64,000 bases of DNA from Cyanophora paradoxa CCMP329 (taxonomy: Eukaryota > Plantae > Glaucophyta). Within the stretch, counting starts at the first letter, position 1. Every line of letters begins with the position of its first letter. Under the pieces are notes generated by a model. The model was not told the origin of the DNA. It was given only the letters and a program-made list of their open reading frames with translations, and made no database searches. The stretch covers positions 124,001 to 188,000 of the forward strand of contig QPMI01000655.1 of the NCBI GenBank assembly GCA_004431415.1, written 5' to 3'. Both the position numbers and the translations under genes were made by a program. Below, one piece after another: positions 24,497 through 36,700 of the stretch.

Positions 24497-26601
24497 CACA
24501 CACACACACACCTGGAGCTTGGCCTTCTCGAGCTTCTCCTGGAGCTTGGCCATCTTCTGCCCGTGCTTCCCGCCCTTGCCGGCCTCCTTCAGCTGCGCGT
24601 GCGTCACGGTGCGACGGCGCGGGATGGCTCTGGCCGATAGCTGTGCTCGCCTGCGCCGCGATCTTCTCCAGCTTGAGCTCGAGCTTCGCCGCCTTCGAGT
24701 CCTTCCCCGCCTCCTTCGCCTGGCCCGCGCGCCCCCGGCGATCTCAGCGACCCCAGACGCCCGGCGCGGCGCTGCCGGCGGCGCACCGCCTTGAGCTTCT
24801 GCTCAACAACGGCCGCCTTCTTCTCGAGTTTGGCGACCTGTGCAAAAGGAGGTGAGGCGGGAAACGGGCAGCTCTGACAGCCCGGGCGCGGAGGAACCTT
24901 GAGCTCCTTCTGCAACGCCTTGACCTGCGGAGCGCCTCGTGAGCCCCCCGGGAGACCCTCGGCGCCTCTCCGGCGAGGAGCGGACCTGCTTCTGGTCGCC
25001 GGACTGCTTGGCCTTGGCGATGCGCTCCTCCAGCCCCTTGATCTTGTCCCGCAGCTCGTTGATCGTCTGGCCCCGACCCGTCACCTCCGCCCCTCCCTGC
25101 CCCGCGCCGGCCGGGGGGCGGGGGGCAGCCACTTCTCTTGGAGGCGTGAAAACAAATTACCTTCCGCGCGTCCGTCAGCTTAGCCTTGAGGCTCTATTCC
25201 CCCCGGGGCGCGTCAGCGCGGCTTGAGGACGTGAGGGCGCGGGGCGGGCGGGGCAGGGCGGGCCTCGATCTTGTCGAGGGCGGTCTGCGCGCGCGCCGGG
25301 CCCGGGGCGGGTCAGCCGAAGGCTTGGAGGCTGCTTGGGGGCGGCGCGGGCAGGGGGCGACCTTCAACTTGTCCCGGGTAGAGCAGTCCTTGCAGTTGCC
25401 CTTGAGAGCCTTGATCGCCTTCCGCGCTTTGTTAGGTCCACGACACAAAAGCGCAGAAAAGGAAGGGAACCTTCTTGATCGCCTTGCGCTTCTCGGGGTC
25501 CTGCGGGGCGCGGAGAGCTGAGGCCGGGCCGCGGGCGGGGGCGGGGGCGGGGCTGGGGGCGGCGCCCGGACCTCGGTGATCTTGAGCTTGGCCTGGAATG
25601 AAGGAACAATGAAGCCTCGGGGGTGATGGAGAGGAGGGAAAAGAAGCGGCGGACCTTCAGCTTCATTGTCTTGACCTGCGGGTCGCGTCAGAGGCGAATC
25701 GCGTCGGGCGCGCCCAACGGACCTTATTCTTAAGGCGCTCGTTGAACTTCTTCGCACGCTCGACGCGCTGAACGGCTTTGTTCAGGATCTTGATGGCCTG
25801 TAGACGGGGCCGAGTTCAGAGAACTTGAATTCGAAACAGGCAGAGACCGCTTTGGCCGTCGTTGCACCTTCTTCGCCCCCTTCTTCTGCTTCTCCTGCAC
25901 CATCCGCCGTCAGCACGGCTTGCCGCCGGAAGGGGGGAGGAAAGGAAGGAAAGAACGAAGCAGCGAGTCCAGAACGGGCGGCGGAAGGGCGGGCGGGCCC
26001 GGCGCACCGTCTTTGCGGACAAGAGTTTGAGCTCCACGTTCAGAATCGACAGCTGCGCAGCCGCTGGGCCATCGGCCGCAGCCCGCGCGGCGCGCCGACT
26101 CGGTGCACATGACGCGGGGCCGTACCTTCAGGTTGTCGACAAGCTGCGCGGCGTCCGAGTCTCAGGAAACGTGCTGCAGTGAGACGCGAACGCGCGGAAG
26201 CACCTTTTTCAGCTTCGTGGAGTCATCAGACGTCTTCTCCTGCACCAGGCGGTTGTTAGGAACCGCGACAGACGAGCGCGGGCCTCCGGGCCGGACCTCG
26301 GACAGCTTGTCGATGAAGTCCACGGACACCTGCAGCGAATGCCGCGTTAGCATCGCACATCCGCAAAGCAGCCAGAGCGCGCGCGCGATTCGCCACCCGA
26401 CTCTAGATTTGGAGCGCCCTGCACTCGCGCTGGCGGCGGATGCTCGGACGTAGCGTCATGGATTGGAGGAGAGCTACTAGGCAGAAGGACCGAGCGAGGG
26501 ACGGACGCCAGAGGAACGGATTCGCCACGCGTACGCTCCAGCTGAGAGCCCGCCGCGCAATAGGCGGTGGTCTATACCGCACGCACCGCTGGCTTCGCCA
26601 T
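20181..26601 (-). CDS. Lys-rich coiled-coil protein B built from dozens of micro-exons, with the same DKYA/HH acidic tail as protein A
   Basis: Exons such as LVDNLK, VKTMKLK, TALDKIE, AKKAGNDKKVEKLK (repeated) and EKLKDAKK; ends ...ESAALHSLLDKYA...EAFTAYT...AHHA^EDGDLAGIAHAHHF*. Start MAKPA at 26601 is tentative. Confidence 0.7.
24458..24510. repeat. Poly-C run plus (CA)n microsatellite in an intron
   Basis: Directly visible. Confidence 0.9.
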
Positions 26602-26917
26602 TTTTTCCTTTCAAACCGCTCGGCCCGCGCCGACTCCTCGATTGCCGTGGTCGACGCCCTCACCGGGGTACGAGCACTTAAGCTTGTACCAAGCGACGGG
26701 TACGTCGGGTAGAAGAACCGCCCATATGCATATGCGCATGCATGCATGACGTTAACGACCATTTAGAGTTTTATAATTGCTTATCAATAAATGATGGTAA
26801 TATTCATATCCAAATTAAATATGCATCAGTGTAAGCAGTACTCGGTACGTAGGGGGGATCGAAGGCTTAGAGAGGGGGGGGAGAGAGGGGGGGAAAGGCG
26901 ATAAAGAGGGGTAAAGC

Positions 26918-28149
26918 ATGGCTGCAGTGCGCGAGGTCGACGCGGACGCGACGCTGCGGTTCCTCGCGCAGCTACCGCGGTTTACGCTGAAAACGGCCGG
27001 CCACATCGCGGCGCACGACCGCTGCGTGCGGCTCGGCCTTGGCTCGGCCCCGCTACGCGTCGAGCGCACACTGGCAGACGCGCGCGAGCCGCGCGCCTAC
27101 GTGGCCTGTCTCGAATCCCGCGGTAAGGCGCGCGCGCACCCTCGGCCGGGGCGTTCCTCGGGCTGCGGGCGGCGCGAGCTAAGGGCGGGGCGGGCGGACG
27201 GGGAGAAGCTTACTGGTCGATTGCGGCGGCCGGGGATCGGGAGCTCGAGCGCTTGCTGGACCTCGACGAGCTGTGGGAGACGGCGAAGCCTGCGATCGCA
27301 TTCGGCAGCCTGGACGCCTCGCTCGTGGGCGCGGTGTCCGCCGCCGCCGCCCGCCGCGGGCTCGAGCAGGACTGGGTCGAAGAGGTGCGCCGGCGCATGC
27401 GGCACGCGGGGCGCCCCTCAGAGCTGCGGGAGCAGGTGAAGCTATTCACGTTCGAGCGGGCGGCGCCGCCGGAGGTGCCGCCGGTGCCTGCGGGGGCCGA
27501 GCTGGGCGAGCTGCGGGAGGAGGACGCGGAGACCGTCGCGCTGAACTGGACCTACGTCGACTCGAAGAACCCCGCCAAGACAGTCGCCCTCGTGCGGTGC
27601 GCCTGGAGCTCCCTGAGAAGCCATTCCCGCCGGCGTCGCGCTGCCACGCCCACCGGTCGGGGGCGCGCAGGGAGCTGATCGCGCTGCTGCCGACGTCGTG
27701 TGTGCGGGTCGGCGGGGAGCTGGCGGCCTGGTGCCTCGTTCAGTCGTACGGGGCGATCGGGATGCTCCACACGGCCCCCGCGCACCGCCGCCGCGGCCTC
27801 GGCCTCGCCGCCATGGCCGCCCTCACCCGCAGGCCCGCCCCGCGCCCTCCAGCCCCGGCCCCGCCTCGTGCCGACCTCGAACGCGCCGCAGGATCGTCGA
27901 GGGGGACCCGCGGGCCCTAACGCGCACGCCCTTCTGCTACGCCGTCGCCGGCAACACGGCGCGCCGGCGCCCGCCCGCCCCGGCCCGGCCCCGCTAACCA
28001 GCCGCCCGCCCGTCCAGGCCTCGATGGAGCTCTTCTCGCGGATGGGGTACGCGTGCGCGGGGGACGCCGTCTGGATCGCCTTCAGGCCGCACAGCGCCCC
28101 CCGGGGCGTCCCCGGCATGCCCCCCGATGTGCAACACGGCTCCGCGTGA
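26918..28149 (+). CDS. GNAT acetyltransferase (FR47 / glycine N-acyltransferase-like)
   Basis: LGELREEDAETVALNWTY, LAAWCLVQSYGAIGMLHTAPAHRRRGLG (acetyl-CoA motif A), TPFCYAVAGNTASMELFSRMGY (motif B). Confidence 0.85.
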
Positions 28150-28209
28150 CGCTCGCTGTCTCGCACTCTCGAGAGAGGGGCGGCCGCGGGCCGCTCGGCA
28201 GCTGCTGGG

Positions 28210-29618
28210 CTAGGAGACCTTCTGGGCGGCGGCCTTGCGGGGCGGAGTGCGGGCCCGGGAGGGGGACTTCTGGCGGGGGGCGGGGCCGGCGGGGGCGGGG
28301 GCGGGGGCGCGGAAGGGGCGGGCGAGGGCGCGGAGCTCGCACTCGAGGCGGCGCGCCTCCTCCAGCGTCGAAGGGGGGTACCAGCACGTCCCGATCGAGT
28401 CGTCTGCCCGCCCCAGCTCGCCGCCCCCGCCGCCCGGCCGGGAGGGAGGGGAGGGTGCGGACCCTTGTTGGCGGCGTACTTGGCGCCGGTGTCGAGGGTG
28501 CGCGGGTCCTGGCGCCAGAACCAGTGCAGCACCTCCGCCCCCGCGTGCGGCGACACCCGCAGCAGCGAGAAGACCCAAGAGAGCTGCCCCCCGAAGCCTC
28601 AGATGAGACGGCGCGGGGGGAGGGGAGGGAAGGGGGTACGCGCCAGCCAGGTGCCCCAGAAGAGGAGGGAGCGGAAGTAGATCATGTGCTCGGTGAGCCC
28701 CGAGAAGACGAAGCCCGGGCAGGCCGTGAACACGTACACGTCCCTCGCCCTGCCGCCCCACCCGCCCCTCAGCGCCCCCGGCCCCCGCCTTGGCGAGGCC
28801 TCGGGGCGGGGCACCGGAGGCGCTCGTTGAGGGCCTTGGAGACGGTGTCGCAGAGGAACTTGGAGGTGCCGTAGGCGTCGGGCCCGCTCAGGTGCTGCAG
28901 GTCCTCCCAGCTGAAGTGCCGCCGCGACGAGGTCCGCGAGCTGACCCAGACCACCCGCCCCGGCCGCGCCGCCGCCAGCGCATCCTCCAGCTCCTCGATC
29001 TGCCCCGCCCCGCACGCCATTCGCGACCGCCGGCGCCCGCGAGGGGCGCGGGGCGGGGCGGCGCGCCAGCATGTGGTGCCCCAGGAGGTTCGTGGCGAAA
29101 ACCTGCCCGAAGCCGCGCTCCGTCTTGAGCCCGCGCGGCTGCTTCACGAAGCCCCAGGGAGTGCGGTCGAAGGGCCAGAGCAGGATGCCGCTCGAGGGGT
29201 AGATGCCGGCGTTCAGGTACAGCGCGTCCAGCCGCCCGAACCTGCGCCGCCGCCGCCGCCGTCGGTCCGCCATCGCGCGCGCCCCGCGCCGGCCGGCGGG
29301 CCGCACCGGCGCTTGAACTCGGCGCTCGCCTCGAGCACGGAGGCCGGGTCAGAGACATCGATGACGAGCAGCTCGACCGAGGCGCCCGGGAACTCCTCAA
29401 CGATCTTCTTTACGGCCTCGTCTCCGCGTGCCTTGCTGCGGCAGCCGAGAACGACCTGGGCGGCGGCCGCTCGGCGGCGCTCCCCGACCCGTGCGCGCGG
29501 CGGCCGAGCGCACCGTTGTCTTCTCGCCGAGCTTCACCGCCTCGCCGGCCAGGCGGCGCACCAGCGCGAAGCCGATGCCGGCGTTTGCTCCAGTAACGAG
29601 CGCGACCTTCGTCGCCAT
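28210..29618 (-). CDS. HSD17B7: 3-keto-steroid reductase ERG27/HSD17B7-like SDR
   Basis: MATKVALVTGANAGIGFAL, LGCRS, IDVSDPASV, RLDALYLNAGI, GQVFATNLLGHHML, RVVWVSS, FSWEDLQH, YGTSKF, TACPG; the FSxEDxQH signature is typical of HSD17B7/ERG27. Confidence 0.8.
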
Positions 29619-29754
29619 CGCCAGTACGCGAGCGGAGGCGAGCGCTGTCGGTGAACGAAGTGCCCAGCCGTACCCCCGAGTCGACGACACAAGGACAACT
29701 GTCCGAAGCAGCGAGAGAAGCGCACCGTCTGCACTATTTCAGCACACTGCACCG

Positions 29755-29895
29755 CCTCGCTGACGCTTGGCAGACGCTTGCAGACGTCTCCCTCCGGAAT
29801 TACAGCACGCTTGCAGACGCTTGCAGCGTGCGGACGTCAGCCGCGCAGTCAGCCGCAACAGAGCGCAGTCAGCCGCTTGCGGCCAGCCGCTTGGC
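29755..29895. promoter_or_regulatory. Short tandem motifs (GCAGACGCTT; GTCAGCCGC) in the ~300 bp divergent spacer between ERG27 and PARP
   Basis: Repeated words are visible; the regulatory role is inferred only from position. Confidence 0.35.
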
Positions 29896-29922
29896 CGGCA
29901 AGAGCGAAGGAGCGTTCCCGCG

Positions 29923-32900
29923 ATGCGCTTCACGACTCCGCTCCGTCTGCGTGGCGGAGTGCGACCTTCTAGTGCTGAGAGCGTTCTAAATGAGCTTCGG
30001 AAAGATCCCCGCACGACGGCTGAGTGGGACGCGTCCGCGCGAACGCTCAAGGTGCGCGGCCGTGGGGCCCTTTCGTCGCGCCTCTCACCGGCGTCTCACG
30101 TGCGCCTGGACAGATGCGCATCGGTCGCAATGCGTGCACGGTTCACATGCCCGAGGAAGAATACTGCTACCTGGTGGTGGACAACGCGGACGACAGGGCT
30201 CTGCCGATCTTCGAGGAGGCAATGGAAATGTGCGGTGATGGGTCTTCGGCGCGAGCGGTCATCATGCACCTGCGCGACGGTGCGTACAACGGCCGCCGAG
30301 GCGGCTCGCACGTTGCATGCTGACGCCGCGTTCGCTTCGCGGCTCGCAGAGCTCCTGAAGGGGGCATCGCCGCTGGGGAAGCGGAAGGAGCCCGAGGAGG
30401 CGAAGGCGGGGGCGGAGGATTCGGACGGGGAGAGCTTCAAGTCCGTCAGCAGCGACGGCGAGGGCGAGGAGGAGGGGATGCAGCAGCTCGGCATGCTGGA
30501 GAGCGGCGAGAAGGGCGTGCTGCTCGCGCACGTCAGGCAGGCGCAGGAGCTGCTGCCGGAGATGCGCCTGGCGGTGAGCGAGGCCGGGGCGGCGGCGACG
30601 GTGCGGATCGAGCTGCACCCGGGCCTGCTGGGGCCGATGCTGGGGATGGCGCTGGGGGTGCGGACGGAGACGCCGATCGTGGTGGCGATCCCCTTCTCGG
30701 CGGAGCGCTACATCGGGGCGGGGCGGCCCGTCGAGGAGGTCCGCATCATGCAGAAGGACAACCCCTCCCTCGGCATTGGTTCGTCCCTCCCGCGCCCCGC
30801 CCCCGCCCCTCTCCGCAGGCAGCCGACGCCCGGGGCGGGGCAGCGCTGCAGCTGAAGGAGATCCTGGGGGCGTTCCTGCGCAACCACTGGCCCGCCTACT
30901 GCTCCGAGGTCCCCCGCATCGAGGTCCCGCCCCCCGCCCCCCGCCCCCGGGGGGCCCAGCTCCCTCACCCGAGGCCGCCGGCAGCTGCCCGAGGCGAGAG
31001 AGGCGGCGTTGAAGAGGATGGTCGAGATGGGCTTCGACCCGCTCCTCTCGCGCGCGCTGCTGCGGCTGCACTGCAACGACGAGGCGGCGGCGGCGGCGGC
31101 GCTGGCGGACCAGCGGGCGGCGCACACGCCGCTGGCGACGGGCGAGTGCCGCCTCAACTTCGTCGAGCAGATCGCGACCTACCTCCAGGCGCGCCTCCTC
31201 CAGCTCTGCTCCTTCTGCCTCATCTGCGGTGCGCCCGCCCCCCGCCGTGCGCCTCCTCGGGGGCGACGGCGAGGGCAGACACGCCGCTGGAGTCGTCGGG
31301 GGTGAAGCCGGTGGTGTGCGGCAAGCAGACGTGCGTCTTCCGCTACGGCGAGCTCGGCCTGGGCGCCAACCTCCACGCCGAGCTCCGCACCAGCCCCGAC
31401 TGCATCGAGTCCGCCCCGCCCCCCGCCCCTCCACTGGCTCCGCTCACAGCGGCCCGGCCTGGGGGGGCAGCCTTCTGCTGAACTTCGTGTGGGCGGCGTG
31501 CGGGAGCCAGCGGCGGGCGCTGATGGCGGAGCCCTTCCCCGTGGACTTCCGCGCGCCCAACGCCGAGGCGGCGCAGTACGACGCCGCCCTCGCCGCCCTC
31601 CTCTCCCCGCAACAGCCGGCGCCGGCGGCGGCGCCGGCGGCGGCGGCTGCGGCGGCGGGGTGCTGGCGGGGCGGCGGGGGCGCGGGCGCGGCGGCGGGGC
31701 GCTGGAGAAGCTGGCGCGGATGAAGGACTTCACGGGGCTGCTGGAGGTGCTGAACTCGATCCCCAAGGTCAAGGACCTCCTCCAGGCGCCCGCCCCCTCG
31801 CCTCGCCTCCCCTCGGCCCCACCATCCGCTCACCGCTCCGCCTCAGATGCCGGACCTGCAGGCGGGGCTCGACGCCCGGCACCCGCGCGCCTTCCGCCTC
31901 CTCCGCTGGATCTCCAGCTCCAACCGCGCCCACCTCGTCCGCCTCGAGCCCTCCAAGGCCCGCCCCCGCCCCGCCCCGCCCCCTCGCCCCCTCTCTCACC
32001 CGCCGGCCCGCCCCGCAGGTCATCCAGGAGTTCGTCACCCCGAGTGCGGCCCCGCCCCCCCGCCGCCGCCGGCCCGTGCGTGCCGACCGAGCGCGGCGGG
32101 ACGCAGACCAGTTCTACTTCCTGTCGACGCCGCCGGAGAAGGAGCAGGCGTTCAAGGCGCTGCGGCGGCAGCACGGCTCCTTCTTCGCCATCCACGGCTC
32201 GCCCCTCGAGTGCTGGCACTCCATCCTCCGCGTCGGCCTCCGCAACGCCTCCAACGTGCCCCCGCCTCTCCTCCTCCCGCACCACCCTCTCTCATCCTCT
32301 CACACCCGGCAGACCGCGTACATGACGACCGGCGCCGCATACGGCTCGGGCGAGCCAGCTCGCCCCTCGCCCGCGCCCCGCGGCGCCGCCTCACCGGGTG
32401 CCGCGCCGCGCCCCGCAGGCATCTACCTCTCGCCGAGCGCCGCGACGTCGGCGGCCTACATGCAGCGGCAGCAGACCCCCGTGCGCCCGCCGGCAGACCG
32501 CCCTCCCCGCCCCCGCCGGCCCGGCCCGGCGCCGACGCGCGCCCCCGCGCGCAGGGCTGGCGCCTCTCGGCCTTCGCCGGCGGCAACATCCAAGTCATGG
32601 CCGTCTGCGAGGCGCGCCGTACCCCTCCCCCCCCACCCCCCATCCGAGGGGTTCGGATGGCGGGCGCTCAGAGGCATAAGATCGAAAGATCAAGAGATCG
32701 AGAGGGCGGGGCTGGGCGGGGCTGAGGCGGGGCGGGGCAGGTGGTGGACCACCCGCAGCTGGCAGGGCAGCCGAACCCGCACTACGTCGTCCCCAACCCC
32801 GACTGGGTCGTCACCAGGCCCGCCCCCGCGCCCCTCGCCCCGCCCCGCCCCGCCCCGCCGGGGGCCTCACGGGGGCCCGCAGGCTGCTGCTGGTGATCAC

Positions 32901-32985
32901 GGACACGAAGGCGCCGCAGATCGAGCTGAAGAGGAACTCGCCCCTCAACGCCGCCCTCCGCTCCCTCGCCGCCTCCTTCTCCTGA
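29923..32985 (+). CDS. PARP6/PARP8-like mono-ADP-ribosyltransferase with internal UBA domain
   Basis: UBA: LKRMVEMGFDPLLSRALL. Cys cluster FCLICD...KPVVCGKQTCVF. EPFP, LLRWISSSNRAHL, QFYFLSTPPEKEQAF, FAIHGSPLECWHSILRVGLRNAS, GAAYGSGIYLS, YVVPNPDWVVTRLL all match PARP6/8. Confidence 0.9.
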
Positions 32986-33797
32986 CGCCCCGGGGCCCAC
33001 CCCATCGCCGACCCCTCCCCCGCCCTCCCACCCAAGCCCGCCCCCACGCGCCCCCGGCCCCTAAACCCCCCCCCCCCCCCCTCCTCCTCTTCCTCCTCCC
33101 CCCCCCCTCCTCTTCCTCCTCCCCCCCACCCCACCCCCCACCCCCCACCCCTCCTCCCCGACCGCCCGCGCCTCTCCCGACCGCCCCGCCGCCGCTTCAA
33201 TCCCCGAACCGTGCCCCGTCGAGACCCTCCCGCCCCAGCTTCCAGGCTCTGATGCAAGCGCAATGTACCCGGGTCTTGTTGTGTACGCTTGGAATCATTG
33301 AATCGAACCTGTTGTGTGCTGCTGTACATGTCGCGTGCATGCGCACTGTCCCACTGTGGCAGCTGGCCGCCGGACCCTCACACCGTTGAACTTGCTGAGT
33401 TGATCATGACACTGTCCGACGGTCACATTGTCAAACTGAAAGTTCACGGTTGGAACATCGGAACGTTAACCGCTACCCAATTGCAACTTGGCAACCCACC
33501 ACTGGGCCAGGCTGCCAAGCTGCCGCAGTGCGGATCCAGAGCCCAAGCCTCGACCATCATGGCATGAAGCCTGTGACGCGTTGAAGATTGGGGAACTTCG
33601 GAATTGGGGAGAGAGTCCTACACATGACTACGTGACTGTACAATTGTGCATAACATTGAATGCGCTTACATCCAGCTCGAGCTTTAATTTGGAAGGGGAA
33701 AGGGGGTGGGGGGTGTGGGGGTGTGTGTGTGTGCAGGGGGCGGGGCCAGCCGTGGCCGATGGCGAGGGCCAGCGCAGGCCTCGGCAGCTCCAGCGCG

Positions 33798-36700
33798 TCA
33801 CCACGCCTCGACGACGTACTTCATCTGCGCCGGCGCCCCGGCCCCCGCGCGCACCCTCAGCGAGACCACCTCTAGATCGAGCTCATGGGCCAGGCCTAGG
33901 GCGGCTGGGGCGGCGCGCGCGCCTCCCGCCGCATGCCCTCGAGGAGGGCGGAGGCCGCGCCGCGCGTGTAGCCCTCGGCCGCCCCGCCGGCCGCCAGCGC
34001 CGCCTCGACGGCGGCGCGGACGTCGCCGGGGACGCGGCCGCCGGGCCCGCAGTAGAAGAGGTGCCCGCCGCGCCGCGCGAGCAGCTCGTAGAGCAGCGCC
34101 GGCTGCTCCGCGATGCGCTCCTGCGGGGCCCTCGGCCCGAGCCCCGGCGGGCGGGGGCGGGGGCGGGCGGGGCGGGCCTGGACGAAGACGAGGCCGCGCT
34201 CGGGCGTGTCGTGCGAGAAGGCGACGGAGAGGTGCGTGAGGGCCCCCGCCTCCCCCGCCCCCGCCCACTCCTCCTCGTACTGCCCATGCCCGCCCCCACT
34301 CGCGCGCAGAGGCGCGGGGCGGGGCGGGGCGGAGCGGGGCGGGGCGGGGCGGGCGGGGCGGGCGGACGAGGAACTCGGTGCGGCGGTGGCGGAGGCCGAG
34401 GAAGAGGGCCGTCGCCCCGGGCCCCTTCCCCTCCCGGCCCTGCCACACCCGCTCCTGCCCCGCCCCGCCGGGGCAGTCGACGTCGGCTCCCCCGGGGCCC
34501 GGGGGACCACGGACGCGGGGAGGGGGCTGCGGGGAGGGGACCTGGACGATGGCGCGCATAGGGGCGATGCCCGTGCCCAGGCCCACCATCACTACCGGCG
34601 TCGAAGGGTGCGGGGGCATGCAGATCCCCACCCCGGGCTTCAGCGACGCCTGCCCCGCAGCTCAGCGCCTGGCCCGCGGCGGGGGCCGGGCCGGGGGTGG
34701 CGCACGGCGACCCAGTGGGGCCCGCCGGTGAGGGCGCGGAGGTAGCCGGTGCAGAGGCCGTAGGCGGGGGAGCCGTCGGGGCGCCGCCACTCGTTGATCA
34801 CCACGCTCAGCTCCAGGCGGCCCTTCTGCAGGCAGCGCTCTCCGCGACACGAGCGGGAGGCACAGCTCGAGGCGCGAGCCGGGGCGCGCCTTGAGGTGCG
34901 GGCTGGAGGAGATGGAGTAGTAGCGCGGCTGCCGCCCGGCGCCCGCTCAGCAGCGAGCGGGGAGAGGGGGGCTAGGGGGGCCGCCTTCATGGGGGGCACG
35001 AGGTCAAGGAGGTGGTCGAGGGGCGGCCGCGCCGAGGGGAAGCTCTCCAGCACCCCCGCGTGCGTCACCCGCCCTGCCCCGCACTTGAGACCGCCTCGAG
35101 ACGAGAGGGAGGGGGGCGGGGGCGGGGGCACGAGGGCGGCCTCGAGGGCGGCGAGGGCGGCGGGGGCGGCGGGGGAAGAGGAGGGGTCGGCGAGGGCCTC
35201 GAGGGCGGCGCGCTGGGCGGGGTCGGAGGCGAAGGGGGCGAGGCCGGCGAAGAAGCGGGCCCCGGGGCGCCCCCCGAAGAGGTCCATCTGCGGGGGGCGG
35301 GGCTGCAGGAGAGGCCCCCGCGCGGGAGGGCGGGGGGCGCACGCAGTCGCAGGCGTAGTCGAGGAGGGTGGTGCCCGGGGGCAGCGGCGGCCGCGGGCGC
35401 GCCCCGGGCCCCGCCTCGAGCGCCTCGAAGGCGACCCCGTCGCCGGGCTCCAGGCCCAGCCGCCGCAGGAGCGCCCCCGTCTCCCCGGGGTCGTTCCGGG
35501 GGTACACCGCCAGCGCGTCCCCCACCGTGTACCGCAGCTGCCGCAAGGCCGCCGGCATCGGTCGGAGGGCACGGGGGAGGAAGAGGGGGGGGTACCGGCT
35601 CGGGGATGGCGTCCACCTCGAAGGTCTGCGCGGCGGGAGGCGGTGAGGAAGAGGAGGAGGCGGGGCGGGGGCGCGGGGCGCGGGGCGCGCGAGGTGCCGG
35701 ATGTCGCGCTCGTAGCCGGCCGGCGTCAGCCGCTCGTTCCCCCCCAGCCGCACCAGCTACCGCACGTCCGCCTGCGTGTGAGGGGGCGGCGCGGGGCGTG
35801 CGTGGCAGGTGCGGGGGGCGGGCCTGGGCGCTCGGGTCGGTGAGGATGGGCCGCCACGCCTCGCCGAAGGCGCGGGGCGGGGCCCCGGGCTCCCCGGCGC
35901 TCAGCAGGGTCCGGTGTGAGGGCGCCCGGGGGCCCGCCTCCTCCCGCGCCGCCGGGAGCCGCAGCGCCTGCCCAACGAGGGTGAGGCGAGCCATGGCGGG
36001 GCGGGGCGGGGCGGGGCGGGGACGTCGAAGAGGGCGGGGGCCCAGGCGGCGAGGCCCGTCTCGAACTTGTCGGGGGCCTGGTCGTCGCCGAGGCCGCGGG
36101 GCAGCAGCGGCGCCGCCCCCAAAGCGGCCAGCCGCGCCTCCACCGCCGCCGAGGCGGCGTTGTAGCGCGCGTACCTGCGCGCCGGCTGAGGCCGGCCGCG
36201 GGCGCAGCGAGGCGGGCGAGGCGGGCACGAGGAGTCGCCGAGGCCGAAGACGGCGGAGCGGAGGCCGCGGAGCCAGGTGCGGGGCAGGCTCCCCGAGAGC
36301 CCCGCCACGAACTCCCGCGCGTTGTCCGGCACCTGCCCGCCCCCTCGAGCCGCGCCCCGGGGCGTCGGGAGCGGGGCCGGGGCGCGCCTCGCCCTGGCCG
36401 GCGGTGGAGATGACGACGAGGAGGACGGGCGTGCGCGGCAGCTCGTCCATCTCCAACGCGTCCGCCTGCCCCGCCCCGCCTCGACCCTCGGCGTCGGGGT
36501 CGGGCCGGGCGGGCGGGCGGGGCGGGCGGGCCTCGGAGCAGGTGACGGGGACGCCGCGGGCGGCGATGTCGCGGGCGAGCTGGCGGGCGACCCCTCCGCG
36601 TTCCCCGTCTCCGACCCGAACGCCACCCGCACCGCCCTGCCCGGCGACCGCCCGCGTGAGGCCGAGCGGGCCGGCGAGGGGCCGGCGGCGGACGGCGGGG

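Noticed and set aside
33380-33455. SECIS element in the PARP or hydrogenase 3' region
   Set aside because: AUGA/AA/GA spacing and helix II pairing are poor, and no in-frame UGA is required in either CDS.
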